Assembly: GCF_002014765.1 (NCBI RefSeq)
Contig: NZ_MUYT01000009.1
Location: forward strand, 1 to 32,000
Origin: Lwoffella lincolnii
Lineage (GTDB): Bacteria > Pseudomonadota > Gammaproteobacteria > Pseudomonadales > Moraxellaceae
Direction of reading: 5' to 3'
DNA: 32,000 nt
Part shown: positions 1-7,706 of the stretch, in pieces
Layout of the letters: each line of letters opens with the position of its first letter
How positions within the stretch are numbered: the stretch's first letter is position 1
Program-made: the position numbers and the translations under genes
The notes under the pieces: model-generated
What the model saw: the letters and a program-made list of their open reading frames with translations, nothing else
Database searches by the model: none
Told to the model about the DNA's origin: nothing

Positions 1-1200
1 TGATGAATGCAATTGCCATATGGTTTGGTGTAGGGTAACGGGGTGGGGGTACTGATGACAGACCTTATTGATGCAAACTGGGATCAAAGGGCTGTCCTGT
101 TTTAATGACAACATAGCAAATGGCAAGTAACTTACGCATCACTGCCACAATCACCTGTTTTTTACATTTACCATTCGCCAGCAGTCTTTGTACAAATGGC
201 TGAAAGGCTTTATAGCGACCAAAGCTAACCACCACCGCAGGCATATATAACACCTCACGAATGTCTGGTCTACCACCATGACCAATGGTGGTTTGTTTAT
301 TGATGCTACTGCCAGATTGATATGCCCTTGGCACAAGCCCCACAAAGCTGACCAAATGTTTAGATGACGCAAAGCGAGAACCATCACCAATCAATGCCAA
401 GAGAGGTGGTATTGATTTTTTGCCAATACCTGGAATGCTGTGCAGCAGTGTGGCACGAACTTTTAGGTTAACATCGCTGTTTATGGTTTGCCAAATCACA
501 CAATCCAACTTTTGAATGTGTGTTTGCCAATAGTTGATGGTACTTTGAATAAAGCTTAGGGTATGGTAATTGGCAGTTTCAAGACGAGTTAATTCATTGG
601 TCAGTTTGTGTTTGCTGTGGTGTCTTTGGCGTACAAGGCTAATCATCTTATCTTCAATGGGTGATGGTGGTTGCCAAAGTGGGGGATTTTCGTGGCGACC
701 ATAGCGGGCCAAAAGAGCAGCATCTTGTTTGTCTGTTTTATTACGAATGCCCAAACTTTTGGCGTAAGCACGGATAAAAGCAGGGTTGACGACGCTCACT
801 AAAAATCCAGCCTGATATGCCCAAAGTGCCAATGCCTGCCAATAGATGTTGGTGGATTCCATGATAAAATGAATATTGAGACATGTTATTTTGTGTTCAG
901 TTAGGTGGTTTGTTAGGTAATTTGATAGGTCTAAAAAACCATCATCGTGGTTGCAAAAACGGGCATAAAAAGTGCTGTTATTTTGTAAAAAGCTGATGTC
1001 AAATGAAGATTTGGCAATGTCTATGCCGATGATAAGCGAATAAAGAATAAGGGGTGAATTGTCTGTATTAAGATTGTTTTTATTAAAATCATTTTTGCTA
1101 AGCATGTAGATAAACCCAACTGCAGTAGGTAAATGTCTGACGACTCAACCTAGCTTACGGGTTTTACCCAAGATACCGACCGAGTTTAATATTAGACATT
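1..1200 (-). mobile_element. IS110-family insertion sequence. The ends cannot be resolved and the 3' end may lie outside the window.
   Basis: A single transposase ORF is flanked by non-coding DNA. I saw no terminal inverted repeats, which is usual for this family. The right boundary is a guess and lies somewhere between about 1200 and 1300. Confidence 0.55.
65..1105 (-). CDS. IS110/IS1111-family DEDD transposase (recombinase)
   Basis: 346-aa ORF. The N-terminus IIGIDIAKSSFDISF is typical of the DEDD/RuvC-like domain. The C-terminal helix-hairpin-helix Tnp domain reads IPGIGKKSIPPLLALIGDGSRFASSKHLVSFVGLVPRAYQSGSSINK. Confidence 0.9.
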   Translation of the reverse strand: MLSKNDFNKNNLNTDNSPLILYSLIIGIDIAKSSFDISFLQNNSTFYARFCNHDDGFLDLSNYLTNHLTEHKITCLNIHFIMESTNIYWQALALWAYQAGFLVSVVNPAFIRAYAKSLGIRNKTDKQDAALLARYGRHENPPLWQPPSPIEDKMISLVRQRHHSKHKLTNELTRLETANYHTLSFIQSTINYWQTHIQKLDCVIWQTINSDVNLKVRATLLHSIPGIGKKSIPPLLALIGDGSRFASSKHLVSFVGLVPRAYQSGSSINKQTTIGHGGRPDIREVLYMPAVVVSFGRYKAFQPFVQRLLANGKCKKQVIVAVMRKLLAICYVVIKTGQPFDPSLHQ

Positions 1201-1365
1201 TCAATAATTTTGACACACTTAAGCGATAAATACAACTTAAGTATTTTTTATCATTTGGCGGTTATTTGCCATTAGACTGTGAATTAAGTTTATTGATGTG
1301 CTTAAAATAGGTTTAATTTTACAAAAGTTCATGGTAGGATAATCAGTTAAGAAGATTGTTTTGAT

Positions 1366-1399
1366 ATTGGTTTTTATATTCAATTGGTTTTTATATTCA
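1366..1399. repeat. Perfect 17-bp tandem duplication (attggtttttatattca x2) directly upstream of the hns ribosome-binding site
   Basis: The copies at 1366-1382 and 1383-1399 are identical. The RBS aaggat follows at 1405-1410 and the ATG at 1413. Confidence 0.95.
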
Positions 1400-1412
1400 T
1401 TGTTAAGGATTT

Positions 1413-1742
1413 ATGATGATGACATCAAATTTACCCAAAGAGCTTGAAAATTTTGACATTGAGCAACTGGCTGCCATCAGTAAAAATGCTCAAGCCCTTA
1501 TCCAAAAAAAGCAAAAACAAAAGCTGTATGACGCATATGAGCATTTTGAGCAAATTGCCAAAGAGATGGATTGCACTGTGCAGGACATTTTAGCCGCTGG
1601 CAGTGAGCTGGAATATGAGCGTAACATCAAATACCGCCATCCTGATGACCCAAACAAAAACTGGACAGGGCGTGGGCGTATGGCGAAATGGCTAAAAGAA
1701 GAGATTGAGGGTGGTAAAGCATTAGAAGATTTTGCGGTTTGA
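1413..1742 (+). CDS. hns: H-NS family nucleoid-associated DNA-binding protein (short Acinetobacter-type)
   Basis: 109 aa. The N-terminus is helical and resembles a coiled coil. The C-terminal H-NS DNA-binding motif is NWTGRGRMAKWLKEEIEGGKALEDFAV. The upstream region is very AT-rich. Confidence 0.85.
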   Translation: MMMTSNLPKELENFDIEQLAAISKNAQALIQKKQKQKLYDAYEHFEQIAKEMDCTVQDILAAGSELEYERNIKYRHPDDPNKNWTGRGRMAKWLKEEIEGGKALEDFAV

Positions 1743-1787
1743 TTGTTGCGGTTTTGGTTAATCGTTGATTGATGACTGATTGATGAT

Positions 1788-1823
1788 AAGGTCGTGTTCA
1801 TTTGGTTGGATACGACCTTTTTG
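1788..1823 (+). terminator. Rho-independent terminator after hns
   Basis: The stem aaggtcgt (1788-1795) pairs with acgacctt (1812-1819) and is followed by a T run. Confidence 0.6.
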
Positions 1824-1881
1824 CAGTTTATTATCAATACTTTTTGCAGTTTATTATCAATATTTGTTGTCAATATTTGTT
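1817..1881. repeat. Tandem duplications in the hns-gspN spacer: a 23-bp unit x2, then a roughly 12-bp unit x2
   Basis: ctttttgcagtttattatcaata occurs at 1817-1839 and 1840-1862. tcaatatttgtt occurs at 1857-1868 and 1870-1881. Confidence 0.95.
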
Positions 1882-1951
1882 ATCATGGCGGTCATGTGTT
1901 TGGTCGCTATGTGTTGTTATTCATTGTGCTGTTATGTTGTGAGATCCCATC

Positions 1952-2935
1952 GTGTCGGTGTCGTCCTTGTTATCGTCTAAAAGCAAATCTAAAAGCAAGT
2001 TTAGAGCCAAAGCAAATGACTCAGCCAACAGTCAATCATTGACGGCACGCCCAAGCGTGTTGTGGTGGTTGATTGGTTTGGTGTTGTTGTGCTTATGTGT
2101 GCTGATGCAGATGCCAGCGTCTTGGGTGGTGCAGAAGTTTTTGGGTGATGATGACCATATCCAGTGGGTCTCTGGTAATTTGTGGCAAGGTTCGCTGTCT
2201 TGGCAGATGCCCATGCAGGGCAAGCCCCCCTTGGTGGGCAGTGTTGATTGGCAATGGCAACCCAGTCAGCTGTTGTTGGCTCGGTTGGGGGCAGATGTGC
2301 AAGTGGTCTCTGGTGGCACACGTTTGCAAGGCAAGGTGGCAAGGGGCATTGGCAAATGGCGAATGGTGGACATAAATGGTCGCATCGGGGCAGATACGCT
2401 ACAGACATTGGTTGCTTGGCAAGTGCCTAATGCTCCCATTGAAGTCAAGCAAGTCAGCTTGGTGTATGATAAACAGATGGGGTTTAATAAAGCTGATGGC
2501 ATGATGAGTTGGGTGGGCGGTGAGCTGAGTTATCCCAGTGGTGGGCGAGTGTTTGAGATGACGTTACCTGCCATGACTGCCCAGTTGACAAGTAAAAAAA
2601 CTAAGACAGATAATGTTGCCAACACAACTGCCACAAATGGCAAGCAACATGCCTTACATTTACAACTGCTTGATGAAGACAGCAAACGATTGGGGGCGTT
2701 GTTGGTGGATGCTGATGGTATGGTGGATGTCAGCTTGACCCAAAGATTGCTTGAGCATGTGCCTGATTATCAAGGGTCAGCTCCTAAAGACAGCGTGGTG
2801 GTGGCGGTCAGACAGCCGTTAATTTTGGGTGTGTTAAGCCATACGCACAACCCTGATGGCCACAACCTTGATGCCCATAGCCCTGATACGCACAACTTTG
2901 ATGCGCCACCAGTAGAACAAGGTGAGGGCTTGTGA
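1952..2935 (+). CDS. gspN: Type II secretion system protein N (GspN-like). The start codon is uncertain: GTG at 1952, or an internal TTG/GTG nearer the TM helix.
   Basis: There is one N-terminal TM helix (VLWWLIGLVLLCLCVLMQMPASWVV) and the rest is periplasmic. The stop overlaps the gspC start (gtgatgg), which suggests translational coupling. The order gspN-gspC-gspD matches the Acinetobacter arrangement. Confidence 0.6.
   Translation: MSVSSLLSSKSKSKSKFRAKANDSANSQSLTARPSVLWWLIGLVLLCLCVLMQMPASWVVQKFLGDDDHIQWVSGNLWQGSLSWQMPMQGKPPLVGSVDWQWQPSQLLLARLGADVQVVSGGTRLQGKVARGIGKWRMVDINGRIGADTLQTLVAWQVPNAPIEVKQVSLVYDKQMGFNKADGMMSWVGGELSYPSGGRVFEMTLPAMTAQLTSKKTKTDNVANTTATNGKQHALHLQLLDEDSKRLGALLVDADGMVDVSLTQRLLEHVPDYQGSAPKDSVVVAVRQPLILGVLSHTHNPDGHNLDAHSPDTHNFDAPPVEQGEGL
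2846..2905 (+). repeat. In-frame 15-bp x4 repeat encoding HNPDG-HNLDA-HSPDT-HNFDA in the GspN C-terminal tail
   Basis: The units lie at 2846-2860, 2861-2875, 2876-2890 and 2891-2905 and have diverged from one another. Confidence 0.9.
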
Positions 2936-3909
2936 TGGGCATGCTAGATAAGCTAGGCAGCAAGATAAAGGACAACTCATTTATCCCCACCAACCGACAG
3001 GCAGGCACGCTTGAGCGGGTATTTGAGCATGTGGTGGCGTGGCTCAATCGTCTGTCGCCGTTGGCGTTATTGTTGTCGCTGTTGTGGCTTTGTTGGGTAT
3101 TGGCTCAACTGCTGTGGTTGTTATTATCACCCCCCACTGCTCCCAGACTGCCTGTCGTGGCATTACAACCGACTGCCATACAGACTGTGCCACAAGATAC
3201 GTATATGGTGTTTGCCAATCCGATACCGCAAGTGCCTGTTAATCAGCCACCCCCAGATATTAAAGTTCAAGGGGTGATGGTGGCAACGCCTGCCCATCTT
3301 TCTTCGGCAATTTTGTTGATGAATGGTGTCAGTCAAGGTTATGGTATCAATGACCCATTGGCAAATAGTGGTTATACTTTGGCGGCGGTATTTTGGGATA
3401 AGGTTATGATTGCTGATGCCAATGGGCAGACCGTGGATATTCCCTTGCGTGAGCCGATGCAACTTGACCAACCCAATGCCTTTGCCAATCCTGCCACAGG
3501 CATGATGCCACAAACCCTGGCAACTTTGCCTACTGATGTTGATGGTTTTGATGTTGATGGTTTTGGTGATGTTGGTGGCTTTAATGGTGGTGAACATCAT
3601 GATTTTGGTGGTGTAAATGCCTTTGAGCAAGCTGCTGATGAGTTGCGTCATAATCCTGCTGGATATTTAAGCCGTATGGGGGTGATGGCGGTGGGTGATG
3701 GCTATCAAGTGACTGATGCGATGCCCAGTGATATTAAAAATCGCCTAGGTCTGGAGGCAGGAGATAGGGTCATCTCAGTCAATGGTCAGAGTGTGGGTAG
3801 CAACCCCATGCAAGATGCTGATGTGATTCAGCAAGTGCAACAATCAGGCACAGCCAGTATTCAAGTACAACGAGGTGAGCAGGTCATCACCATTCGCCAG
3901 CAATTTTAG
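2932..3909 (+). CDS. gspC: Type II secretion system protein C (GspC) with a C-terminal PDZ domain
   Basis: N-terminal TM helix (LALLLSLLWLCWVLAQLLWLLL). HR-like segment (IKVQGVMVATPAHLSSAILLMNGVSQGYGINDPL). PDZ-like C-terminus (LGLEAGDRVISVNGQSVGSN...IQVQRGEQVITI). Possible starts are GTG 2932, ATG 2935 and ATG 2941. Confidence 0.8.
   Translation: MMGMLDKLGSKIKDNSFIPTNRQAGTLERVFEHVVAWLNRLSPLALLLSLLWLCWVLAQLLWLLLSPPTAPRLPVVALQPTAIQTVPQDTYMVFANPIPQVPVNQPPPDIKVQGVMVATPAHLSSAILLMNGVSQGYGINDPLANSGYTLAAVFWDKVMIADANGQTVDIPLREPMQLDQPNAFANPATGMMPQTLATLPTDVDGFDVDGFGDVGGFNGGEHHDFGGVNAFEQAADELRHNPAGYLSRMGVMAVGDGYQVTDAMPSDIKNRLGLEAGDRVISVNGQSVGSNPMQDADVIQQVQQSGTASIQVQRGEQVITIRQQF
3535..3582 (+). repeat. 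In-frame 15-bp tandem repeat encoding DVDGF-DVDGF-GDVGGF in the GspC linker
   Basis: gatgttgatggtttt occurs at 3535-3549 and 3550-3564, followed by a related 18-bp unit at 3565-3582. Confidence 0.9.
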
Positions 3910-4024
3910 TTGGTTTTTATCGGTTTGGTCATCAAGGTTTAATCATCATATTCAATGATTGTGTTTGATGAGTTTGTCTTCAAGGGAAGTTTATATGTGT
4001 TTGTTAAAAGCCATTCATCATAAA

Positions 4025-6277
4025 ATGAGAAACAAGATGAGGGTGGGTGCGTTGGTATTGCCATTGACGGTGGCGGTGATGTCAGCGATGATGCCACACA
4101 CGGCATTGGCTGAAACTTGGAAAGTCAATCTACAAGAAGCGGACATCAAAGGCTTTATTAATGAAGTGGCGACCATCACAGGCAAGAACTTTGTCCCAGA
4201 CCCACGCATCAATGGTAACATTACCGTCATCTCTCAGCGTGCCATGACTGAAGCTGAAGTGTATGATTTATTTTTGAGCGTGATGCGAGTCAATGGCATC
4301 ACTGCCATTGAACGCAATGGCTTGGTTGAGCTTTTACCAGATAACGTTGCCAAACAGTCAGGCGTGGCGGTGGACATTGATGGCACTGCCCGTGGTGAGC
4401 AGATGGTGACCCGTGTCATTTATCTGTCCAGCTCACGAGCCGACGAAGTGTTGTCAGTCATTCGCCCCATCATGCCCCAGTCTGCCCACGCAGCAGCGGT
4501 TGGTAGTGTCAATGCCTTGGTGTTGTCTGATAGGGCAGATAGCCTAAACCAGTTAACAGCACTCATTCGTGATTTGGACAGCAATGTGAGTAACAGCGTG
4601 AGCGTCATTCCCCTACAACACACCGATGCTCAACGGATGCTGGAGCTGTTATCTGGGGTTACCGAGCAAGCAAGCCAAGGGCAAGACTCATTAGGCAGTC
4701 GCTTAACACTCACAGCTGACCCTGCTTCAGACCGCTTAATTGTCATGGGCAATCCTGAGCAGATTGCCAAAATTCAAGCCCTTGTGAATCGTCTTGATAC
4801 TGTGCCAACACGACGATTAAGCGGTGTGCGTACTTTTCGGCTTAACTATGCTGACGCATTACAGACCGCAGAGATATTGCGAGCCTTGTTAGGTGGGCAG
4901 TCCATCAACAGTGCTGAGACGCAGTCAACCTTATCCACCGCTTCTTTATCCAATGGCAGTAGTGCCATGAACAACAGTGGCAATGCCTCTACTGGCTCTA
5001 ATGGAGGTTCAAGCACAAATGCCATCAGTGGCGGTGGTGAACAAAATAACGGCAGACGTTACAGCATCATCGCCAATGAAACTCAAAACGCCATCATCGT
5101 CAATGCCCCTAATGAGCTGATGATGGAGATAGAAGACACCATCATGCAGATGGATATCAAAGAGCCACAGGTACTAATCCAAGCTGCCATCATTGAGATA
5201 TCAGGCGATGATGCTCGTCAGTTGGGTGTACAATGGGCATTGGGCAGTGCCAATTCAGGCTATGGCGTGGTCAACTTTGATAATGCTGGCGTGAGTGCCA
5301 CGACACTGGCAACAGCAGCATTGAGTAAAAGTGCCACCGCCGTCAGTGGGGCGGCCAGTGCCATTGCTGGGGCGTTATTGGGTTTTGGCAATAGTCGTCA
5401 ACGCCATGGCTCAACAGAGTTTTATGGGGCGATATTACAAGCCCTTGACCGCACGACCAGTGCCAATCTGCTGTCTACGCCTTCCATCATGACCTTAAAT
5501 AATAAAGAGGCCAAAATTTTAGTGGGGCAAAATGTGCCATTTGTTACAGGCTCTTACAATACCAACAGCAATAACAGCAATCCATTTCAAACCGTCAGCA
5601 GACAAGATGTGGGCATTCAGCTTAACGTCAAACCACGAGTGGGGCGAGATGGTACAGTACGCCTAGAAGTGTCCCAAGAAGTGTCAGCGGTTGTGCCAGG
5701 CAGTACCAACAACATCAATGGCTTGGTAACCAATAAAAGCTTTATTGACACCACCATCATGGCAAAAGATGGGCAAACGGTGGCATTGGGAGGCTTGATG
5801 CGTGATAACACCACCAACAGTGCTCAAAAAGTACCTGGATTGGGTGATATTCCGATGCTGGGGCGATTATTTCGCTCTGATGGCAAATCCAATCAAAAAA
5901 GCAATCTCATCATTTTTTTGCAGCCAACGGTGTTGTATGACAGTGCGGCGGTGGCGAGTATGACCGAAAAACGCAACAATCAGCTCATCAGCATGCAGTT
6001 GGTGATTGACAGCAATGGCACAATTAAAAAAATTCCTTTAAAGCAACCTGTCAGTCAATATCCACAAGTGCCTGTGTCCGTACCCATGCCCATCACTGTT
6101 CCTGATAAATCGGTGTTAAACAGTCTGACACATGATGACTTAATTCATGATGACTTAATTCATGATGACTTGATTGATGATAACTTGATTGATGTTACCC
6201 CCAATCAGCCAATGGCCATCACGCATCAGCAACCCATCACAGCACCAAAAACCATACAATCTGTTCAATCTGATTAA
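4025..6277 (+). CDS. gspD: Type II secretion system secretin GspD
   Basis: Signal peptide MRNKMRVGALVLPLTVAVMSAMMPHTALA. N0 domain (WKVNLQEADIKGFINEVATITGKNF). Secretin core (LLSTPSIMTLNNKEAKILVGQNVPF...VPGLGDIPMLGRLFRS...LIIFLQPTVL). I chose the ATG at 4025 rather than the ORF-track start at 3959 because it gives a normal signal peptide. Confidence 0.93.
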   Translation: MRNKMRVGALVLPLTVAVMSAMMPHTALAETWKVNLQEADIKGFINEVATITGKNFVPDPRINGNITVISQRAMTEAEVYDLFLSVMRVNGITAIERNGLVELLPDNVAKQSGVAVDIDGTARGEQMVTRVIYLSSSRADEVLSVIRPIMPQSAHAAAVGSVNALVLSDRADSLNQLTALIRDLDSNVSNSVSVIPLQHTDAQRMLELLSGVTEQASQGQDSLGSRLTLTADPASDRLIVMGNPEQIAKIQALVNRLDTVPTRRLSGVRTFRLNYADALQTAEILRALLGGQSINSAETQSTLSTASLSNGSSAMNNSGNASTGSNGGSSTNAISGGGEQNNGRRYSIIANETQNAIIVNAPNELMMEIEDTIMQMDIKEPQVLIQAAIIEISGDDARQLGVQWALGSANSGYGVVNFDNAGVSATTLATAALSKSATAVSGAASAIAGALLGFGNSRQRHGSTEFYGAILQALDRTTSANLLSTPSIMTLNNKEAKILVGQNVPFVTGSYNTNSNNSNPFQTVSRQDVGIQLNVKPRVGRDGTVRLEVSQEVSAVVPGSTNNINGLVTNKSFIDTTIMAKDGQTVALGGLMRDNTTNSAQKVPGLGDIPMLGRLFRSDGKSNQKSNLIIFLQPTVLYDSAAVASMTEKRNNQLISMQLVIDSNGTIKKIPLKQPVSQYPQVPVSVPMPITVPDKSVLNSLTHDDLIHDDLIHDDLIDDNLIDVTPNQPMAITHQQPITAPKTIQSVQSD
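6131..6190 (+). repeat. In-frame 15-bp x4 repeat encoding HDDLI-HDDLI-HDDLI-DDNLI in the extended GspD C-terminal tail
   Basis: catgatgacttaatt occurs at 6131-6145 and 6146-6160. Variant copies follow at 6161-6175 and 6176-6190. Confidence 0.95.
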
Positions 6278-6346
6278 ATCAAATGGCATAAATCAAATGG
6301 CATAAAGGCAGATAATTCATTGGTAAATAATTGGCAAATAATTGGC
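6275..6346. repeat. Tandem duplications just after gspD: a 14-bp unit x2 that includes the stop codon, then an 11-bp unit x2
   Basis: taaatcaaatggca occurs at 6275-6288 and 6289-6302. aaataattggc occurs at 6325-6335 and 6336-6346. Confidence 0.95.
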
Positions 6347-6694
6347 AGACATACCATGGCAAAACACGCACCCAATCAACCCAACGGCATGTTAAAACAG
6401 CACCAAAAAACGATGTGGCTTAAGCTTGGTAAGCTTAGCTTGGTGGCGGTGGGATTAATGTTTATCCCACGCTCCAGCAGTCGTAAGGCAGATTATGACA
6501 AGAAAACAGCCACAAGGTAAACAGCCACAAAACAGGTTGGGCAGGTTGGCAACATCGTCAAGGCGATGGCAATAACAATGACTGTAAAGTGGGCTGAGCA
6601 GGTCAAAATAGCCAGCCCCTATCAGCACATCTTAATCTTAGCTTATTTTAATTCAGTTTATTTTAACGCACGGTTTATCACATCCATATCATCT

Positions 6695-7660
6695 ATGCCA
6701 TCAACATCTTCAACATCTTATCCACTTTTACCTTATCAACATGCACACGCTTTGATAGACACACACACGCATTTTGATGTCAGCATTTTTGATGCTGACC
6801 GTGAGCAACAAGTGTTAAATGCAATGCAGGCAGGGGTGCGTCATTTGGTGTTGGTCGGTTATGTTGCCAAATACTTTGAGCGTATGCGTGATGTTCAACA
6901 ACAAATCAACCAGCAGGTTGCAAGGCAAGTGGATAAGCAGTCAGCCACGCAAGCAGAACACAACTTGCAAGCACATGTGGCATATGGCTTGCACCCATTT
7001 TATATTCGCAGTCATGACGATGCTGATTTGGACATTTTGGCAAATGAATTGCAACATCATGATTGCCTTGCCTTGGGTGAGATAGGCCTAGATACCTTTA
7101 GTAAAACCATGAAACAACCTGAACATTATCAGCGTCAGGTGCGTTTTTTTCAGGCACAGTTACAACTGGCACAGAAACATCAACTGCCCATCATGCTACA
7201 CATTCGTAAAGCCCATGCTGACGCACTAAAAATCTTAAAACAGTTCCGTCATCAACAGCGTGGCAATGGGGGGATTGCCCACAGTTTTAGCGGAGCACAG
7301 CAAGAAGCAAAGGCGTTTGTCAAACTTGGCTTTAAACTGGGTATCACAGGGCAAGTCAGTAATCCCAATGCCAAAAAATTGCACCGCGCGATTAAGGCAG
7401 CGGTGGATTATGCTGGCTTAGAGTGTTTGGTGATAGAGACCGATTGCCCTGACATGACCCCATTGCCATGTCAACGTCGCCATCATCATCACCATGATGT
7501 GAATAAGCCCAATGATGTGAATAAGCAACCAGACAGAAATGTCCCTGCCAATTTGCCTTATGTGTTGTTGGCATTGTCTGAGCTGTTGTCTGTGCCAGTG
7601 CAACTGTTGGCAGAACGGCTTTGGCAAAACAGCGTGAATGCTTTAAACTTACCTCTTTAA
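6695..7660 (+). CDS. TatD/YjjV-family metal-dependent hydrolase
   Basis: Family motifs seen are IDTHTHFD, LGEIGLD, MLHIRKAH, IAHSFSG and ETDCPDM. I chose the ATG at 6695 so that the DTHTH motif sits near the N-terminus, as is usual for the family. The ORF track extends the ORF upstream to 6566. Confidence 0.82.
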   Translation: MPSTSSTSYPLLPYQHAHALIDTHTHFDVSIFDADREQQVLNAMQAGVRHLVLVGYVAKYFERMRDVQQQINQQVARQVDKQSATQAEHNLQAHVAYGLHPFYIRSHDDADLDILANELQHHDCLALGEIGLDTFSKTMKQPEHYQRQVRFFQAQLQLAQKHQLPIMLHIRKAHADALKILKQFRHQQRGNGGIAHSFSGAQQEAKAFVKLGFKLGITGQVSNPNAKKLHRAIKAAVDYAGLECLVIETDCPDMTPLPCQRRHHHHHDVNKPNDVNKQPDRNVPANLPYVLLALSELLSVPVQLLAERLWQNSVNALNLPL

Positions 7661-7706
7661 ACTTACCCCTTTCATCTTAATGACATAACCAACCATATGA
7701 CTTATC

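Noticed and set aside
1490-1873. A 127-aa minus-strand ORF antisense to hns that runs through the hns terminator
   Set aside because: It lies wholly within or overlaps a well-supported gene and terminator. Its low-complexity composition is typical of a shadow frame, and no RBS is evident.
1780-2042. Small Cys-rich hydrophobic plus-strand ORFs (66 and 82 aa, including a 31-aa peptide from the ATG at 1885) between hns and gspN. I considered them as a type I toxin-like peptide.
   Set aside because: They run across the hns terminator and the tandem duplications. No Shine-Dalgarno sequence precedes any ATG, they overlap the probable gspN start, and the T/G-rich sequence readily produces Cys/Val/Leu codons by chance.
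2001-3651. Multiple 60-160-aa ORFs on both strands inside gspN and gspC (for example 2001-2408, 2266-2502 and 3163-3651)
   Set aside because: They are shadow ORFs inside recognisable T2SS genes. Their translations are Pro/His/Cys/Arg-rich and resemble no protein family.
3959-4024. N-terminal extensions in the ORF track for gspD (3959), the TatD-like gene (6566), hppD (25750), maiA (21295), the VOC gene (24573), nhaC (22792), rsmI (27802) and pnuC (31908)
   Set aside because: In each case an internal ATG, usually with a visible RBS, gives the N-terminus typical of the family, such as the gspD signal peptide or the conserved first motif. The extensions add atypical residues, start at TTG, or overlap the neighbouring gene.
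6320-6520. The small ORF downstream of gspD, considered as a T2SS pilotin (GspS/AspS-like)
   Set aside because: Pilotins are lipoproteins of about 120-130 aa with a lipobox cysteine. This peptide is about 54-66 aa and contains no cysteine.
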